A DNA stretch of 64,000 nucleotides from a virus: IMG/VR virus record IMGVR_UViG_3300009370_001603, positions 1 through 64,000 of that record; one strand, given 5' to 3'. Position 1 is the stretch's first letter. Each line of letters opens with the position of its first letter. The translations under genes and the position numbers were made by a program. Shown in pieces: positions 61,901-64,000 of this stretch. The notes beneath the pieces are model-generated. The model made no database searches and was not told the DNA's origin. It worked only from the letters and a program-made list of their open reading frames with translations.

Positions 61901-62738
61901 TATAAAGATTTTGTTTTTCATTGGACGGACCAACGAACTGTTGCATCCCGGAATCAAGATCTAGATCTCCGCTAGGATAAAGCTTTTCTACGCATTTATA
62001 ATCACCAAAGCTCCCGGCGAACTTGTCGAGATACGTTGGCATCAACGAGGAGGAAGTTTCAGCCTTCTGTTTGATGCTATAACTAGCGGTCATAACGCCG
62101 CTTGCGATCTCCCCGATAGCTGTGAGACCCGCGAGCATCCCGACTCTTCCGGATATCTTACCGTTAATCCCTGCTATACCATCTAATTCGGACTTTACCC
62201 CACGCGCCACTATCATGATGGGGTTAGACTGTGTTGTGTATTTTAGAGTTGCTATACAGGTATACCCAACCAATGAGTCGCAAATGTTTATTGGCGAAGG
62301 GTCGTTTACATCTTGATCTAATGAGTATTCTATGTCAAGAATATTTACCTTAACACCATTGGATAGGGTCTTCAATCCAATATATTCGTATACAATGTAC
62401 TCGTAGGCCCCACTATCATTTGTTAGTACAACGGTGTCGCCAATTAATGGGGGTGCCGCTTCAAATGTTTCGGACAGAATTACATAAATTCTATATATTG
62501 GCCCCTTTGAGTCAACTTCAAGGTTGGAACCGGGAGGGGGTGTTACGCGATAGCGGAACTCTTTGTCAACTACGCTTTTTGGAGAAGATAGCTTTCCATA
62601 GCCATAGGATCTAGAAGTTCTTAGGTTAGATGTGCCACTCATCTTAGCTTTAAAAACGCCACCTTGCGCGTCCACATTCTTAGCCGTGGCGTCTTTTACG
62701 CATAAGCACTCTAAGTTCTTGACATTTATATGCGACAT
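49956..62738 (-). CDS. giant virion/tail-fibre-like protein (4260 aa) with LamG-like domain, FG-GAP blades, short beta repeats and Cys-rich insert
   Basis: Uninterrupted 12.8 kb ORF; seven FG.SV...VGAP/SP motifs; LamG-like FSIFTRF...KLKLYTD segment. Confidence 0.7.
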   Translation of the reverse strand: MSHINVKNLECLCVKDATAKNVDAQGGVFKAKMSGTSNLRTSRSYGYGKLSSPKSVVDKEFRYRVTPPPGSNLEVDSKGPIYRIYVILSETFEAAPPLIGDTVVLTNDSGAYEYIVYEYIGLKTLSNGVKVNILDIEYSLDQDVNDPSPINICDSLVGYTCIATLKYTTQSNPIMIVARGVKSELDGIAGINGKISGRVGMLAGLTAIGEIASGVMTASYSIKQKAETSSSLMPTYLDKFAGSFGDYKCVEKLYPSGDLDLDSGMQQFVGPSNEKQNLYTFIDEGVFTGDYHTPFSQSVLLADDANSFIHPSGYHTEGNFQYKSELTDFHIRPDQTRLRIRASAPMANYESKIAPLYTIKNVTFSDPSGNAMVQYEDINILGDVDYSNDKTLVNYATYSLKPITNKFADQYDWERRDQPHTHQITGYQLSFEVKVTPRDDAFDPGFDEGFEEDYVMHTTVADDDDYLALDGAPLSTQGQSLINPTKSIRISAIEICNSGGDWLSSYTGPRREDYFNLFLDTPRNGRRLEKKILPSFFALADASNSGIFPAVSSVWQHKNKPMYDGSSSILGNNLDTCGSEQIVKALQTDSTLDYAELHSTGPHFDSGKMIVKFGYGHGPVNEIRRGAFGCEFDQNTCPIWFHPSGAFQTERKVEAGFDNNFLAIESITLKVKAKKAADSRDYVLDIVGWSDDKLLNITKAPSGFLQNPSSVQINGEIITSEGTHPVISGYYDNDDDLALSTRSISEREKYLETSGNLGGDHYSLTRYPIVNTTDFADYEVPLKVYKDDVEIGLSRNYNVSSMLEHLYLDIYPLPSGAAIASAHLLVRYAPQAALQLEIQGGECFDKIQDGRSEGKIFPSTKQGNDSIINAGSGYGPLSTITNIPHAYSTPSSIKSNYSRRWRGLEGTVQGPYDTDAFGFGFYNPLLEFPLLSGFYNFDYMDGKYVQSRSLGAGFGGVSGLFNSTPEIYKNVGWRFKTQNIFSTKAPNHTSSYKTTDWTALSSTSPAHNFEDHELYGMIADALDNVVRISGHNQNVNFGNIDASGGFSIFTRFTPDIDVSGTTYDLFSSGVLFSKWTTPSDMDFALGYKDGYLCGYAKATDGTLVSVQDTVKYSGYQYPLSVILTYNDHESEKLKLYTDNEFHSGVWTTLRASSSKFTKHTNSANLIVGHSDGSGVGMNMLLTEFGISTWNSGVYGSGTNIVETNADATYKQVTAQKFLENHRVKFFEPGEPSSNDTYKLWDYVNEDTQADWALGDFKTHAFSSAFSHWTKRAGKDLISFHLKHSGIPYENQSSLSLNSWPSTISSGVSYHTQIENDFLRFHLSDTSDNFHSVAKRITKSLPIGYNFKDKALVVETVLEHRADNDIQWPECKPTTFHLCNEHKHAYQDHYKGPRLVVSLYTKKKEPYWTPNESNWGLINRSIHYIQPSSYMVRLDSKFDYQNLIDDSEQWALFPAEPRLTEFTEKYYSQDVDDMFLQYDLVYPSGGAFDSNIDIHSAHVRMDEAFVKCTPDSGIFNLYASGCTDVLKGSLDLHTLSVAPKDSGILNLNTFGPVLLPESGFELNVSGSLRQDGALPLRTVAVAIASDPEFPLHTAGCCNVVSGASGTFNLVTKGKGISTLQMPLSIANDGLVITPSGGELPLYTYAPSGNSTGFFQQMQLRIENNLAGDPHPHSGTIPVYILGGAELIDRSPEVEMPLVVVNNQFVTSGTLKLTVYGDDEVTSQANSSSGSEASDGGASQLGMNLYVPNYGGVGSTYLRWYNQNYGTGIQLRDNSIAAIPVSNEIRGVDLIGYGACDSDSPRKAIDPPLVTDETIWRPETCNDGGIFRAVNTYTNSGAINFAGETGYSGNYYGFRKYTGLIPNAPYYSTLKITTGSTDSIQVPRDFEEWEYGICGPNWRGGDQGDGDCDSDIVYSGVKLIGDYPYLSGNLSITPISGRNPTDNYGEAVAVTSDLMVVGSPKIEIPDASGHAIPDAGSLFLYRRGQDVAGEKSIWTMEDKLMLPSGFRRDYVDKVVENLITFDQFTISGRKWNIGQEGRLLGSSVDIAKSGDRETIVAGAPFAGWSRRFPDITTSGIPMCMVVFVDKFTYNVDNIKYIKNVGKKWEHLYKYFSAPWNAQTANEFQPNLNVKCLILQLTDHDKDKKKHPDEFKDFFSHTYIPRMDDQKLVDNFGARNTYNSMLSGIIGAFREMFPPKTDWTAFEPHSGIPPIVGIFKENSHSTLFGKAFQLGDEDVVDDFVDFYKEYSHASGVVNPEIPVPMSGHTRIELGASEKMELTTASLINNTLNSGYLIDNNIENTPYPILSFITSGVGQKWAKSNAAEFQIPPSSGGRVFVFEKESGTFNCVQEIIPYSERQVNEENEQDAPDDFLGFGKQYNDRFGHSVAISKNSDVISVGSPWTYVPCEIFERQDAENQRMYNKIRDWLVYRNLEIPLARYDALVLEHGADYAKKQTYHELSQTNKLWLRTDKNFWDGIGKGTNGHGLPIELYKPIFNYKYGDITTTGTWQFIQGEFLGSSRLGYSTSVDDDGITVAFGAPTDSTTMFEDSNVWYNRGAKEATFASYTNAGAVRMFEAKQYVSHSGAVEFTRFGNLDRSVHHELREAGFYDRMGNYFQPDNIPFTRLPFSTIEIPRNAGLAFIITPELDAASDEIIDNIKNWLALGDRTLVLVGNDPLYEEDGLYRESNDIVNKILKRLGSRMKIEAADTEYESLPECISETDVFGNRWNVTKSFVPENAYTDTYESKHAAPNMFAKGVGKIVYDVSDLGLEDLFVSSPCDEDNQTVCNLPIKHLGDLRAQWNVTCAKDNGMPHKYKMNWPFHFTNSDKSGPIGSPCRNYPSSPKPLINRPWEDVVPILTAAEWTPDQHWFRPEETICETVCDPIWEFFTIPQFYKECKFATHQLDTLAFSVSGDFTGQSIGENIEYWRLSDNKGGFINPDPKNGRDAILQGIGDVKEKVTVVDKRVLLDKKSTLMVEEPYLYKNDEGETVDGNNRVFILASVNGENERSFTDSLGGDDIGGNSDQNIVFYVNTVRKSCEEAGRLVQLGGWTKRTSFKDAYEFSVIKEKLTAFGINVTENEVYGPGVDIDGTEAVDTVWIANPDGMPTDDDISVLKNWLKNGNKKLFITYAGWHRENRQGLAENVSVLLEKLGLKSRPWLRPCKGDYFVQTNKIVDEGNRQDCCPYAPEDTDTILQKLELDSDVFAGCLHGYAWDKNYNSQERTSVQKVSLRHSPDHECDEKDIFNGEDCGWDEGDLFDFIPISGGGDYKNLIWYDTPELHSQWQGVYDICPEVNKENLWYLDCKASGQFPVNPGSGYRVFVNWVSETKNEIYGTFGVAENVFEANAPCAWDGTFPQPPCDCHGIIEMTDENVAPQRNLRNGCWYNEDFHDCGTCDPNEECGNCRLGATTVGNVQQSYVDVKADQTGKLRIIFDTDIYKEQIWVEQCDEAGGKGHDPANGYPQTARILSISGCPLPLEEEILNKPKEGKRIIGWDCREECETIPAEEGVIPGVFRPIMHRSEEYCNPANPPCPPPKDETCCAPRGDEEIEDGPIVAAEEYEHFTNGANGFERSKIVVLTDSTMIQGQCKHYRNDSVGENQFFIRSLYPVSPHERKEFGGRGFDVTTSDKVFQFTQKLRAPERGSAPKYYAAKGVANTLFPLYGANGDGTVDEFVDNEDTYHPANDVGRPADPSTPKQIDIEIKYFGGSVYPDYGGYPRFSGDFLNQLPTNYVVDGVEKDFLVDAGSEGGVNDLMKVAEGRDFLDFDSYNSGCPGDLFGFSVDLTNNKLIVGTPFNGLVTENVASGISGIVQWHEIENDPFRSGVVVSQNGGAGAAFYFEKTGSGKNVVNERLPWEFRQKIKPSSINIGLDGATISTLQTIKGDHHLNNDFALNNGGRTDKFGYSVAIDADMIAIGAPHHDYETLHEHIYSGAVVTNDLNTAFQRKSFGAEFDIPSHKFYDLGSSGIRVDYFDTDSGTMVLNHGAVFNYRHSITDWQARTKEWVYAEKLFSHGYHARSGSIYIGDNLTSSGCENDSFGRSVSIFRSERGDSDYTLAVGSPFHDHATSGNHHSSGVTDAGAAFTYDAMLRGQIPSIPNSGSWIDVKIFGAKTDDGQNMLLDRVYQNETGDPITHETSGIVFSNAYGDLYIEASGFDPSIKGFVTHRPFVECVIGDFVGGESANGSLNLITSGKPVDVSGHMSLMLSGAPSAYVYNSMNLRTFGASGVVSDSGLPLIVTVASGSSNQSLNLNVTSTQTTDNLNLRLRGK

Positions 62739-62756
62739 TATTGTTCCTAAAATCCT

Positions 62757-64000
62757 CTACGAAGGCAACGTTGATTCAGAACGCGCGCTACCACCGCCCT
62801 CGGTGTTTTTCCATTTTGGAATTTCCTGAGCGACAGCATCTAGGGTAGCACTCATTATTTTTTCATCTATAACCTTTAATATGTTATCATTAAGAAGTCT
62901 TACGTTTACATCTACTGGCTTATTGACCGTTACACCAATTTCCATCTTACCCAGTGATGTTACAGCGTCTGAGAATCCGTCAAATATGGATCTAAGGTCG
63001 CCAACGGTTTCAACAAATCCGCCCATCTGCTTGACCATATCTCCAAACTGATAGTATCCCACGGTGCCTCCTGAAGACATGGCGGCAGCGCCAGCTGGCC
63101 CAGCGTTCACAGTAGACCCATTACCATTCATGGCCCTCAAGAGTTGTAGGTTATTACCACGCTGCACCGCTGCTCTGTTAACGACAAACTCTCCGGGAGT
63201 CAACATGGCGGGTACAGTATCTGTGCCTCTTGGTACGAATATACCTCTACTTGCGTATACCATTCCCCCTTTAGATAGTGGTAAACCCGCATCGGCGCGT
63301 TCTTGCTTTTTACCGGCCCGTTCCATCTCTTCTTTAAATTTAATCTCGGCTCGTTCAATCGTAAGCTCTGCGTTGGCAATTTCCATCATGGCACTATCTG
63401 CCATCATCTGGCTGACCTGACCACCGGCGGCGGCGAGCGCTTGCCCTTTATTTCTTAACGCATTTAGTTCCTCTGTAGTTCCTGTTAGTACTTGTCCAGC
63501 TCTTTCATCTAAGCCAACGGACGAAGCAGCAATTTCACCTGCACGCTGTAGCGTTGCCGTATCTGCACCCTCTGCTTTCAACAGCTTAATCCCCTCCGCC
63601 ATAGCCTGCGGACTAAACATTCCAGCCATTTCAGCATCGCCAGTTCTTAGGGCGGATGCTGCTCCGGCTGCGGCCTGTTGATCTAAAAAGCCACCTATGT
63701 CTCCACTGAGTAATTTATCAATAGAAGATTGTTCTAATGAATTTCTCTTCTCGATAATCGCTATTTGATCTTTAGTCGCCTGAATTTGTGCCTGAATAAA
63801 TCCAACCAAGTCTTTCATTGACTGATTGGTTTCTTTAATCCTGTCAGCGTCTATACCTTGAGTATCCTGAAATCCACCAGTGGCCCTATCAATTTGCTGC
63901 TGGTTCATACGGCTTTGAATATTAGATGCTACGCTTTGTATATCAGCCACGCTACCAGTTCTTAGTTGCTGAACTCCAGCGTCTTTAGCCCCAAGATTAA
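62757..64000 (-). CDS. C-terminal part of a tape-measure-like protein (partial, runs off the window)
   Basis: Ala/Gln-rich helical sequence; GGMVYA...GTDTVPAMLTPGEFVVNRAAV motif; frame stays open to the window edge. Confidence 0.7.
   Translation of the reverse strand, partial: NLGAKDAGVQQLRTGSVADIQSVASNIQSRMNQQQIDRATGGFQDTQGIDADRIKETNQSMKDLVGFIQAQIQATKDQIAIIEKRNSLEQSSIDKLLSGDIGGFLDQQAAAGAASALRTGDAEMAGMFSPQAMAEGIKLLKAEGADTATLQRAGEIAASSVGLDERAGQVLTGTTEELNALRNKGQALAAAGGQVSQMMADSAMMEIANAELTIERAEIKFKEEMERAGKKQERADAGLPLSKGGMVYASRGIFVPRGTDTVPAMLTPGEFVVNRAAVQRGNNLQLLRAMNGNGSTVNAGPAGAAAMSSGGTVGYYQFGDMVKQMGGFVETVGDLRSIFDGFSDAVTSLGKMEIGVTVNKPVDVNVRLLNDNILKVIDEKIMSATLDAVAQEIPKWKNTEGGGSARSESTLPS

Noticed and set aside
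1-64000. Stop-codon reassignment, as in some large phages
   Set aside because: Code 11 gives dense, full-length genes up to 4260 aa, and TAA, TAG and TGA all end genes at sensible boundaries.
1-64000. CRISPR array, tRNA, rRNA or IS element
   Set aside because: No spaced repeats, cloverleafs or transposase seen by eye, and intergenic gaps are very short. A covariance-model scan was not run.

Overview
This window is a ~64 kb piece of a large, probably jumbo, tailed dsDNA bacteriophage genome. It uses the standard genetic code, is roughly 40% GC by eye, and its genes are tightly packed with TAATG/ATGA stop-start overlaps. The host is probably a planctomycete/PVC-group bacterium, inferred from two DUF1501 genes and a planctomycete-type secretin motif. 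Plus strand 1-33.9 kb: replication and nucleotide genes (probable helicase tail, GMP reductase, primase, dNMP kinase, Cas4-like nuclease); an island of exported/envelope proteins (4.2-9.0 kb); a Pol III alpha (DnaE) split without an intein into two genes with a DEDDh exonuclease gene in the break; SSB; an ~18.5 kb glycosylation island (glycosyltransferases, methyltransferases, sulfotransferase, RmlB/FdtA/DegT, Fcl); then an endonuclease and a Rad52-like annealing protein. A bidirectional terminator at ~33.9 kb marks the strand switch. Minus strand 34-64 kb: secreted trypsin-like protease, HPPD-like VOC protein, a three-gene MotA/ExbB + ExbD-like module, and a virion/tail block that includes a 4260-aa protein and the C-terminus of a tape-measure-like protein. 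Best candidates for undescribed biology: (1) Ser-Gly-enriched virion proteins plus the glycosylation/sulfation island, suggesting a glycosylated virion; (2) the phage-borne ExbB/ExbD-like proton-channel module; (3) the exonuclease-interrupted split DnaE; (4) the DUF1501/secretin-fragment envelope cassette. All family calls come from motif recognition by eye, no searches were run, and all counts are manual.
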